64,000 nt of DNA, from positions 64,001 to 128,000 of the IMG/VR virus record IMGVR_UViG_3300024999_000040. The stretch is one strand, 5' to 3'. Both the position numbers and the translations under genes were made by a program. Positions 54,185 through 62,886 of this stretch are shown here, in pieces; position 1 is the first letter of the stretch, and the number at the start of each line of letters is the position of its first letter. The stretch comes from a virus. The notes beneath the pieces were generated by a model. The model saw nothing but the letters and a program-made list of their open reading frames with translations. It was not told the DNA's origin and did no database searches.

Positions 54185-54379
54185 CTAAATTATTTACTCT
54201 AAGTTTTTTAGTTTCGCTTTGCACGACTCAGGAAACAATCTATTATAGGAATTCCAATCGTGTCAAGAAATTCCATTGAAGGCGTAGTCCTAATACAATC
54301 CTATCTCGATTTCAGATTATACCATTTAACTACTTTCTCATCTACCCAATAGCTGTACGCTTAGAGTAAATAATTTAAG
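54185..54379 (-). ncRNA. candidate ~195-nt multibranched structured RNA
   Basis: perfect 18-bp closing inverted repeat plus two internal G-U-rich helices on the minus strand. Confidence 0.6.
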
Positions 54380-54404
54380 ATACTATATTTAGTTTTATTG
54401 AAGG

Positions 54405-54472
54405 TTATTCAAGCGATACCTACAAACGCTTTAGAAAGTTTAGCAGACTTTCTATCCCTGTTGCATGAATAA
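54405..54472 (-). ncRNA. tRNA-like element with Ser(GCU)-type anticodon loop
   Basis: 7-bp closing stem, 8-bp stem with CUGCUAA loop, second hairpin; no TTCGA, no CCA. Confidence 0.4.
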
Positions 54473-54487
54473 AATGGTATCCATTGC

Positions 54488-54562
54488 TGGCAGCCATTAA
54501 TGGATTCGAACCACCGCATACAGGAGTCAAATTCCTGAGCCTTACCGCTTGGCTAAATGGCT
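54488..54562 (-). tRNA. tRNA-Gln(TTG)
   Basis: full cloverleaf AGCCATT/AATGGCT, CAGGA-ATTTGAC-TCCTG, TTCGAAT, G73, encoded CCA. Confidence 0.92.
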
Positions 54563-54852
54563 ATGTAATACGGTTAATCCACCCACCGTAAGGGAGTTGT
54601 CATCAACTCACATGGAACAGTCTTATCATTCTACTGCCAAGTCGAGGTTTCTGTATCTGTATGCATCCAGTATACCAATTTTATCAAAACCACCCCACCC
54701 ATAAGTGTTTTGACTAGATTATTTCTATTTAACACCAATGATTAAACAACCAAATATCATTGTGTTGTAGGTTCTTATACAGGTGATCTACATTACCTAA
54801 CTCTGTATGCAAAGAGTTACCAGAAAGTTTTACCTTTATTACTTCCAAGTTT

Positions 54853-54929
54853 TGGTAGCTGTGATGGAATTCGAATCCATTCTTTCAGGTTTTTAAGACC
54901 TGTTCCTCTTCCTGTTGGGATACACAGCC
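54853..54929 (-). tRNA. tRNA-Leu(TAA) with short variable loop
   Basis: GGCTGTG/CACAGCT, CAGGT-CTTAAAA-ACCTG, TTCGAAT, A73, encoded CCA. Confidence 0.88.
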
Positions 54930-54935
54930 ATATAA

Positions 54936-55079
54936 ATAGAGCAAACCAGATAATTTTGTCACGCTTCTTAGGGATGAAGCTCATACATGTAAACCTTGTA
55001 CTTTGGTTTTACGGTTCTCATTCTCGAGTCAACCGCATTATGTTGTGATTACCTCTGTTTTGCTTGCCCTTCGCTCTAT
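54936..55079 (-). ncRNA. candidate ~145-nt structured leader RNA
   Basis: closing ATAGAGC/GCTCTAT and three internal hairpins; begins at the expected start site of promoter 55086-55114. Confidence 0.45.
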
Positions 55080-55085
55080 GTTATT

Positions 55086-55114
55086 ATTATATCTATTTAG
55101 TTAAATCTTGTCAA
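55086..55114 (-). promoter_or_regulatory. sigmaA-type promoter with conserved spacer box (tRNA/ncRNA/sigma unit)
   Basis: TTGACA-17-TATAAT; spacer contains TTAACTAAATAGA. Confidence 0.8.
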
Positions 55115-55609
55115 GCATATATCAAAAAATATTTTAAAAGATTACGCATTACTTTGATAACAATCCTGACACACAATAAATGGTCTTCCTATACTAGAAT
55201 TTTCATTATAATCATATTCAAGTTCCTGTGATATAACACAATTTGTTGAACCACAATTTAGACATTTAATCTCAAACCCTTTGTCTTGTTCGTCATATTC
55301 TGGTTCTGACTCAGGACACATTAGATCGCACATCTGTTTTAACTCAGGATGCAGTTTAGAGCAATATTCTGGATAACATCTCTGTGAACCACATAGGTTA
55401 CATGCTTCTGGTATTATAATTTCTTCTGTTGTTTCTTCTGGAGTTTTGGATTCTACTCGACTCCACTCATAATCATCACCTGTATGATTTGTAAAATTCG
55501 GTTTATCAGTCATTTTTTATATCTCCAATCTTTTTTCAAAACTATTATAGCAAAGATTATATTTGCTATTTTTCTTTGTAACACAATTTATGTTACAATC
55601 AAAATTTAC

Positions 55610-55631
55610 CGATGAAATAGCTTTTTTATTT
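55610..55631. repeat. 8-6-8 boundary site
   Basis: cgatgaaa-tagctt-ttttattt; stop codon at 55626. Confidence 0.75.
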
Positions 55632-55885
55632 GGTACATTCTAACCATTTTTCTATTTCATCTTTTGCGTTTCTAACTTTTTGTGTATTCATAAGTTTTAC
55701 TAATATATCATCAGAAATATTAAGGTTATAATCTTCGCTAAATTTAGTTGCTAAAGCATAATGTATACTATCATCAAGATAAATATCTCCTTCTTTTGCA
55801 TCGGATTCAACAGCACATAAAGCTATAGTAATCCCATCAATAATTCTTATTCTAATTGCCATTTATATTAAAATCTCCTTTTTCC

Positions 55886-55907
55886 TAAAGAAACACTTCA
55901 TTCAATG
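55886..55907. repeat. 8-6-8 boundary site (degenerate)
   Basis: taaagaaa-cacttc-attcaatg. Confidence 0.45.
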
Positions 55908-56398
55908 TGTTCAATCTTCTATTTCTGAATCTTCATCATCTTCTCTGTAAAAATAATTACTTGCCCAATTACTAACATGTCTTGTCTCAGTTCTTTCGAT
56001 TTGATAATCTAATCTTTCGCTACGATAACCACTGTCCCTAATTAACTTTCTTAAAGTAATGCCATATTGTAATTCAGTTTCTATATTGTATAAAATATTT
56101 AAAGATAAAGATAATATCTCTTTAGTTACTTCTTCAGAAAAATTAAATTCATTTTCACAAATTCTTACACAAATATATTTTGAATCTTTTGTTCCTACAT
56201 ATCCCCATATGCTTTTTTGTTCTGTTTGATTATTAAATTTAATAGTTATCCATGCTGAATAATATGAAGTAAAATTATATTCGAATTCAGATTCTCTATT
56301 TGCTGAAAGTTCTATGTATTCTACTTCTGGAAAGTATTCGAACATTTTTACTACTTTATAATAATTTTTATTTAACATTTATTATTCCTTTCAAAACA

Positions 56399-56420
56399 AA
56401 ATGAATTCTCCCATTCATCG
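56399..56420. repeat. 8-6-8 boundary site
   Basis: aaatgaat-tctccc-attcatcg. Confidence 0.6.
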
Positions 56421-56424
56421 TCTT

Positions 56425-56862
56425 TTAATAATCCAACAAAGTACTATCATTCAAAATATCAAATGCTTTATTATATTTCTTCACTCTTTCTCTATCTTTT
56501 TCAGTAACATTTTTAAGTCTACTTAAATCACTATTATGCTGTAAATCTAATTTTTTAACATATGTAGCAGTAGAATTTTGTTTAACTCTTTTAATATAAT
56601 CAAAATAATCTTCACCTTTTCTATGAGTTAAACAATCCAAAGCATTTAATATTTCATCGGAAAATTCACACATGTATTTTAAATAATTCATATCATAATC
56701 ACTATCTTCAATAACATCATGTAATACAGCTACAATTCTTGTTTCATTATTATAGCATTGCATCATCAAATGCAACGGATGTAGTATATATGGCTTTCCT
56801 GCTTTGTCTAATTGTCCTTCATGTGCATTTACAGCTACCTTAATTGCTCTGTCTAAAGTCAT
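56425..56862 (-). CDS. stand-alone SpoT/Mesh1-like HD hydrolase
   Basis: AHEGQ.DK.GKPYILHP, AVLHDVIED, LT, VK..DL.HN. Confidence 0.85.
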   Translation of the reverse strand: MTLDRAIKVAVNAHEGQLDKAGKPYILHPLHLMMQCYNNETRIVAVLHDVIEDSDYDMNYLKYMCEFSDEILNALDCLTHRKGEDYFDYIKRVKQNSTATYVKKLDLQHNSDLSRLKNVTEKDRERVKKYNKAFDILNDSTLLDY

Positions 56863-57490
56863 AACTACTCCCTTCCTTTGAACTTTCCCTTTTAATTACA
56901 ATTACTCTTGTTTTTTATTTTTAAAAGTATTATAATAATATTAGCAATCATAAGATTGGAGACCCTTATGATTTGCTATATTAAGTTTTTTGTAATTACA
57001 ATGTTTGCAGATAGGAGGTGTGATCAAGTACATCTCCTTATTTGCGTTTAATAGGTAAAAACACTGATTTATTTTAATCTATTTAATTCTTTTTTAATTA
57101 AATCCATTATAATAGGATGGGCAATTATGTTTCTATCCATCATATAAATATCTTTTTTCGGTACTTCTTTATATCCATATCTCTTAGCCCATTTCTTATT
57201 TATGCGTTTGCTCTTATGCTTCCTTCTTTGAATCTTGTCAACCATAGCTAAACTTTCAATAAATTTATAACCCATCATTTGATACATCATATATTGATTA
57301 AACTGAAAATTACTGCATGTTAGTGTTGCTTCTTTGGAATGATTAAAACTTACATACTTCATTTTTTCTTCTGAAGAAGAAGATATATCAGCTTTAAAAT
57401 CGGTTGTACCTATGGCTACTTCTTTACCATCTTGAGTATATAATTTAAAATTACAAGCGTTATTTATGTACATATTTACTCCATTCTACC

Positions 57491-57512
57491 CAATAGAATC
57501 ATTATTCTATTT
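57491..57512. repeat. 8-6-8 boundary site
   Basis: caatagaa-tcatta-ttctattt. Confidence 0.7.
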
Positions 57513-57852
57513 ACCACTCATATTTAATTTCTTGAAACTCTTCTGGAACACAAGAAGTACAGTTTATTCTATATTTTATCCAATTAATTAATTCAGCTTG
57601 TTTATAATAAATATCCCACCTACAATCATCAACGACTATTAACTGATCAATATAATGCCCTCTTGCATGATTATATGTAGGAAATGTTTTATATATCGTA
57701 TCATCTTTCATTATTATATAATCTTTATATATAGATTTTATTTCAGTGTCATTATCATTTTCAGCTAAAATCCTTATAGCTTTACACGATAATTCAAAAT
57801 TATAACCAACTACTGCTATACTTAACATTTATTATACTCCCTTCATTAAAAA

Positions 57853-57874
57853 CGATGAAAAATTACTTTTATAA
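57853..57874. repeat. 8-6-8 boundary site
   Basis: cgatgaaa-aattac-ttttataa; stop codon at 57869. Confidence 0.7.
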
Positions 57875-58276
57875 GGTTTTACCTTTATCTTCATACTTTG
57901 GTCTATCTAATAGAGACTTACTATCTTCACAATTCCAAATATCACATTCACTTTCAAATGGGCAATAAGGTTTATTTTCATCATCTAACCTAAAATATTT
58001 ACAATCTGTACAATATACATGCATATTTTCATCCATATTATACTTCCTCACAATCTAATCCCAAATATTTCATTAACTCAACGATAAATTTCCATCCATA
58101 ACCACTAAATGTATGTACTATAGGATTATCTATTTTTTTATTAATTGTTTTGACTTCTATTATATGGAATTTCACCTAATACAAAATCTTTAATATCTAA
58201 TTTTTCATAATTTGATATTGCATATTTTCTTATTCTTAAAAATACGTCTTGTTGACTCATATATTCCCTTTCTACA

Positions 58277-58298
58277 CGATGAAATTAAAGTTTTATTT
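58277..58298. repeat. 8-6-8 boundary site
   Basis: cgatgaaa-ttaaag-ttttattt. Confidence 0.75.
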
Positions 58299-58861
58299 AC
58301 TTAATCTTGAAAATGTTCAGACTCTATATTATTCAATTTATCTATAATTCTATTTGCATTTTCTGAATATATTGATATAACCGATTTAACATATTCAATA
58401 TCGTCTTTACTATCAAAATTCATATATCCAGATAACATATACTCACATTCAGGACAGACAATATGATATATTCCTCTTCCGTATCCATCTCTACAATTTG
58501 CCCAAATAATTTTATTTAATTTGCCATTGAAGTTTTCTTCTAATTTATTACAATTAGGACAGTAAAAAATACTCATACCAAACCCCTCATCCCAATCCTA
58601 AAGATACCACTGACAATATAGCTGAATGAGCTTCATAATCATCTTCTTTTGATATATTATTTCTAGAAATATAATCATCGGAACTTACACAAAGTCCATT
58701 ACACCAATCAATAAATATCTTTTTTTGAACATCATTCTTTAAAGAGTCTAAATGTTCTTTTTCAACTCTATTTATATATTCTCTTACTGAGTTATCAAAG
58801 GCTTTAAAAGTATCAGATTCCATAAATTCATCAATATCTGTTTTTACTACATTAAGTAAGT

Positions 58862-59314
58862 TCATAAACTTCTCCTAATTGTATTTCTAAATATTTCTGC
58901 CAGTTCATCAGAATAACCAAATCTATCTTTATTTATTTCTATACTTTTCATTATATCTCCGTTGTCATGTCTCATTGTTGCTGCCATCCAATCACATATC
59001 ATTTCTATTAAATCAACTAAAGATATATCCTTAATACCATTTTCCCAATGTTCAGGATGATGTTTATTTTGTGAATAGTGATGGTCTAAGGCAGGTTTCA
59101 TTTCTTTAAGAAATCCTTTGTATTCTTCTGAACCATATGTGCATCCAGAAAGTTTTGGAGTAAATTCAGTAAAAATATCTATTTCATAATCACCTAATTT
59201 TGAATTATCATGACTTATTGCTCTTTGTTGCAATTCAAAAATAATTTCATTTATAAAAACATTAACACTATATTTATGTTTATATGTTTCTACCATTGTT
59301 TCATATTTTGTCAT
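58862..59314 (-). CDS. DUF5662-like HD-fold protein
   Basis: T..HK..V, HDNSKL, HHY..N.HHPEH, EMICDW.A. Confidence 0.75.
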   Translation of the reverse strand: MTKYETMVETYKHKYSVNVFINEIIFELQQRAISHDNSKLGDYEIDIFTEFTPKLSGCTYGSEEYKGFLKEMKPALDHHYSQNKHHPEHWENGIKDISLVDLIEMICDWMAATMRHDNGDIMKSIEINKDRFGYSDELAEIFRNTIRRSL

Positions 59315-59336
59315 TTTTGTTTTCCTTTCTTTAACC

Positions 59337-59358
59337 CATTGAAAGAATAGATTTATTG
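59337..59358. repeat. 8-6-8 boundary site
   Basis: cattgaaa-gaatag-atttattg. Confidence 0.65.
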
Positions 59359-59615
59359 TCTATTCTTTATCTTCCCATTCTGATATTACTGGTTGAACCA
59401 CCAATTTTGCTCTTTCAGAATAAGTTTTTGTACCACCCCAAAAGAATTCTCCTGCCTCGTTATAAGCTTCAAGTTGTCCTTCATCTGTACGATATTCTGA
59501 TTTAAAACAGATGGAATCATTAAATACAAATAATCCTGCTGGACATTCTTCTAATGTGCAAGCCCAACCTTCAGGCTTTAACACTAATTTTTTCATAATA
59601 TATTCCTTCCTTTCC

Positions 59616-59637
59616 GATTAAAAAGATTGCTTCGTGG
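59616..59637. repeat. 8-6-8 boundary site
   Basis: gattaaaa-agattg-cttcgtgg. Confidence 0.5.
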
Positions 59638-59639
59638 TC

Positions 59640-60065
59640 TTATTGCCACAGTACCCACCAAAATTCCTTAATTGCTTTCCACCAATCATTATATTTAAAA
59701 TCACAATACCTTCTAATATGCTCTATCTTCGTTTCTGGCTCTTGCATATATCCATAAGCATAATGATTAATATAATGTCCACAATTGGCACACACAAGAT
59801 CATATTCTAAAACAGTTGAACCATACCCATCTAATCTATCTGTATTGGTTTCTGTTGTTTTGGTGGATTTACATTTAGGACATTTTTCAAGGTTATTCCA
59901 CTTGTTGAATATGTATAAAAACTAATTTCTTATCTTTCCAAATAGCCTAACTTTCATTTCAAATGTAAAAACTGTATCCATACAATCTGGACATTTATCT
60001 GGACATTCAGTCCAATTATTACAATCATCTAAATTACATGGAGATTTATTATATTTTTGTTCCAT
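59640..60065 (-). pseudogene. Cys-rich gene with in-frame TAG
   Basis: MEQKYNKSPC...KIRN*FLYIFNKWNNLEKCPKC...; stop at 59922-59924; absent from ORF track. Confidence 0.65.
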
Positions 60066-60084
60066 ATTTCTCCTTCCCAAAAGT

Positions 60085-60106
60085 GATTAAAAGGCTTCAT
60101 TTAAAG
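60085..60106. repeat. 8-6-8 boundary site (degenerate)
   Basis: gattaaaa-ggcttc-atttaaag. Confidence 0.45.
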
Positions 60107-60880
60107 TATTTTAATACTCTGTAAATTCATGCCCACAATCATTACATTTACACTCATATTTTATTTTATATGATACTGTTTCCCAATAACTATAATCAAG
60201 GCTGCTGTCCATTTTCTTTTCTTTGACCTCATTATATCTTACTTCTTTTACAACAATATCTGAACTATTACATTTGTCACATGTAAACTGAATTTCCTTC
60301 ATGCTTTCATCTCCCTCACACCTATAGCACATTCCATACACTGAGTATAGTAATCATCCCAATTACCTGAAGGTAAATCCTTATCTAATAATCCATTTCT
60401 TCTCAATAAGTTTCTAATAGCCATTCCATCATAATGATGATATCCAATAAACCATTGTGCTTTAGTTTCTGAAGGAGTATTATTATATAGATTTACTAAA
60501 AACTTTTTCTCTCCTTCTTTAAAATCATTGTTTAGAATTTCTACTGCTTTTTGTAATATGTCTTTAGGCAATTCATTAGAACACTTTTCATGATGAGCGT
60601 TAAATTCCTCATCTGTTGGAATTTCGATTATATTACTATTCATATATTTTTCCTTTCTTGAAACAACAACAGTTGCTTTTCATTTACTCTTCTAAATATT
60701 TATCAAACCAATCAAAACAATCTTGCAATAATTGTTTTCTACACCAATAAGTATTTGAACCTTTTGGGTCACGTTTACAATTTCCACAATTTCCTTCTTT
60801 GCAAAATTTTAAAGTATGATAAAGTTCTACACTTTTATCATCTACAATATTTATTATTTCACACATAATTTCCTTTCTCA

Positions 60881-60962
60881 CAATGAAATTTATATTTTAT
60901 TGGCTATACCATATATAGATTTATAACATAAAAATATATACAATATATGGTATAGCCAATTG
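60881..60962. repeat. 8-6-8 site fused to long inverted repeat (copy 3 of 3)
   Basis: caatgaaa-tttata-ttttattg followed by GCTATACCATATAT...ATATATGGTATAGC. Confidence 0.8.
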
Positions 60963-60980
60963 GACAATTACTATATTTAT

Positions 60981-62465
60981 TTAATTACTCATTAGTTTAT
61001 TTCTTATCTCTGCCAAAGTTTCATCTCTTATCAATTTACCATCAACAAAAATGTCTTCGAGGATATCTACATCTTTTAACTTCTCTCTTTCAGCTCTGCC
61101 TAATCCATCAATATACTTAATATTCCCATTTTCATTTACTACGCATACAAGTCCTGTTTGTGATTTCTTGAAGTTTGCTTTATCTGTAACAGGGTCTTTA
61201 AATAAGTTCTTTTCTTTTCCACCAAATACTCCAAAGGTTGACTTCAAAGCAAATCCAAAAGTATCTCTTGTATTATATTGGTAAGTGAAGGAACCAATGC
61301 CATAAACCATATTGGTTGAAGCAAATCCTTTATCCATTAATCTCTTACAAATTTCATCACATCTTTCAAGTGTAATTGCATCTCCATAAATACAACCAAT
61401 ATGTGAATCCAATTGTTTATAACCTTTATCAGTAATAGTTCCACCAAAAATATCCCAAAGAATCTCTATAACGCCTTTCTGTTCATTTTCATCGGCAGAC
61501 TCAGAATCACCACAGATTATTTTTACAGGATCACCACTATCAGGGCGAATAACAATTCTACCATCTCTTGCCAAAATTTCAGGCTTCAATGTTTTAATAA
61601 CATTATTCAAAACTCCCCATAAATCCCATGTATCAGATACTATAGAGGCGAATCCAGAAGGATAAACTTCTGTGATAATTCTTCTATAAGATTCAAGTTC
61701 ATTCTGTCCGTATGCACACATTACCGAGTGTTCCGTAGCTGGTATAGAAGTTCCTACTAATTCCTTTTCTATATTGGCATTGTAAAACTCTTCTAAATAC
61801 AATATTGCAGGAATAGTATCTGTTCCAGAAAATGAAAGTAAATGTCCTGCTCCACTTGCTTTAGCAGCATCTAAAGCACTCATACCCCTCATAGAGAAAT
61901 CATGACCCTGAAATTGAACTCCACCTAAATCTCCACCTGTTTTTTCAGCATACATATTAAGTAACTGTCTGTATTCATATGCAATAGTAGCACTTGTTGT
62001 AGGCTGCCATAAGATACATGACATAAGTGTTTCAATATAATTTGTCAACCAAAAAAATTCAGGAATGGTATTTTCAATTGTAAACATAGGAACTCTAATT
62101 GGTACTCTTGTTCCTTCTTTAACAGCTCTGATTTTAAAAGGTAAATATCCAAGTTTATGTAATGCTTCAATATGAGATGCATCTGGATTATCCTTACCAA
62201 GAGTATACTTGATCACTCTTTTATATTCATCTATAACTTCTTCAGTTGTTCTTGAAAAGAAATTCTCATTGAAATATTTAATAAGATACTCCTTGATAAA
62301 TGCCTGAAATCCAAAAGCAACAACCTTGTCAACACCTTTAATTCTTGTCATACGAGGTGTCCATGTGCTAAAAATCATTTCTGTATTTTCTGGATACTGT
62401 TCTCTATGTGATACCTTGTAAAAGTCACATAACAATGTTGCAGGATAAATGTAATTTTTGTTCAT
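60981..62465 (-). CDS. nadV: nicotinamide phosphoribosyltransferase-like (NadV/Namat)
   Basis: DFYKVSH, HDFSMRG, GTDT, PATEHS, SIVSDTWD, IRPDSGDP, IYGD, GIGS. Confidence 0.92.
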   Translation of the reverse strand: MNKNYIYPATLLCDFYKVSHREQYPENTEMIFSTWTPRMTRIKGVDKVVAFGFQAFIKEYLIKYFNENFFSRTTEEVIDEYKRVIKYTLGKDNPDASHIEALHKLGYLPFKIRAVKEGTRVPIRVPMFTIENTIPEFFWLTNYIETLMSCILWQPTTSATIAYEYRQLLNMYAEKTGGDLGGVQFQGHDFSMRGMSALDAAKASGAGHLLSFSGTDTIPAILYLEEFYNANIEKELVGTSIPATEHSVMCAYGQNELESYRRIITEVYPSGFASIVSDTWDLWGVLNNVIKTLKPEILARDGRIVIRPDSGDPVKIICGDSESADENEQKGVIEILWDIFGGTITDKGYKQLDSHIGCIYGDAITLERCDEICKRLMDKGFASTNMVYGIGSFTYQYNTRDTFGFALKSTFGVFGGKEKNLFKDPVTDKANFKKSQTGLVCVVNENGNIKYIDGLGRAEREKLKDVDILEDIFVDGKLIRDETLAEIRNKLMSN

Positions 62466-62466
62466 A

Positions 62467-62886
62467 TTATATATTCTCCTTTTTAATATTTATATTATTT
62501 AAATAATTTGACACTTCTTCTAATGATTTAAAATATAACCCACCGTTTCTTTTTACTAAACATCCTACTGCATCTAAATGTTTTAAATCTTGATGAGACA
62601 TAGCCCATTCGCCATTAGGTAATTTTTCGTTTATAATACAAACTATAGTTTTATCAGGTCTTTTGTTACTATCATCTACAACTTCAGCTATTGAATATGT
62701 ACTAAAAACTCTAGTTAATGTGTATAAAACAAAATCGCAAATTTTTCTTTGTTTAATCTCTTCTACTTGACATTCTGGAGTCCAATTAGATACCACTGGA
62801 TTAAAATAATCTATATTTAGCTTTGGTATTAATTTATCTCTCCACTTACTATTAGCACATGTGCCACCTAAAAATACTCTACTCAT
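62467..62886 (-). CDS. nucleoside 2-deoxyribosyltransferase-like protein
   Basis: VFLGG....WR, YFNP...W, SIAE. Confidence 0.75.
   Translation of the reverse strand: MSRVFLGGTCANSKWRDKLIPKLNIDYFNPVVSNWTPECQVEEIKQRKICDFVLYTLTRVFSTYSIAEVVDDSNKRPDKTIVCIINEKLPNGEWAMSHQDLKHLDAVGCLVKRNGGLYFKSLEEVSNYLNNINIKKENI

Noticed and set aside
54205-54235. Hammerhead ribozyme (CUGA...GAAAC)
   Set aside because: CUGAnGA core is not matched and the required stems are not evident
54253-54277. TTGACA...TATAAT as a promoter for the sigma gene
   Set aside because: Spacer is only 13 nt
17505-59924. Stop-codon recoding
   Set aside because: The two in-frame stops are different codons, TAA/TAG/TGA all end genes normally, and no suppressor tRNA is present (anticodon UAA reads UUA)
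1940-60685. Weak 8-6-8 candidates at about 1940, 18451, 19500, 39728, 53153 and 60664
   Set aside because: Too degenerate to separate from AT-rich background by eye
4403-60902. 8-6-8 sites as intrinsic terminators or CRISPR repeats
   Set aside because: Arms are AT-only, imperfectly paired, lack a consistent U-tract and are separated by whole genes
309-61622. Plus-strand ORFs in the six-frame track
   Set aside because: They are antisense shadows of minus-strand genes, with no RBS and no recognisable motifs
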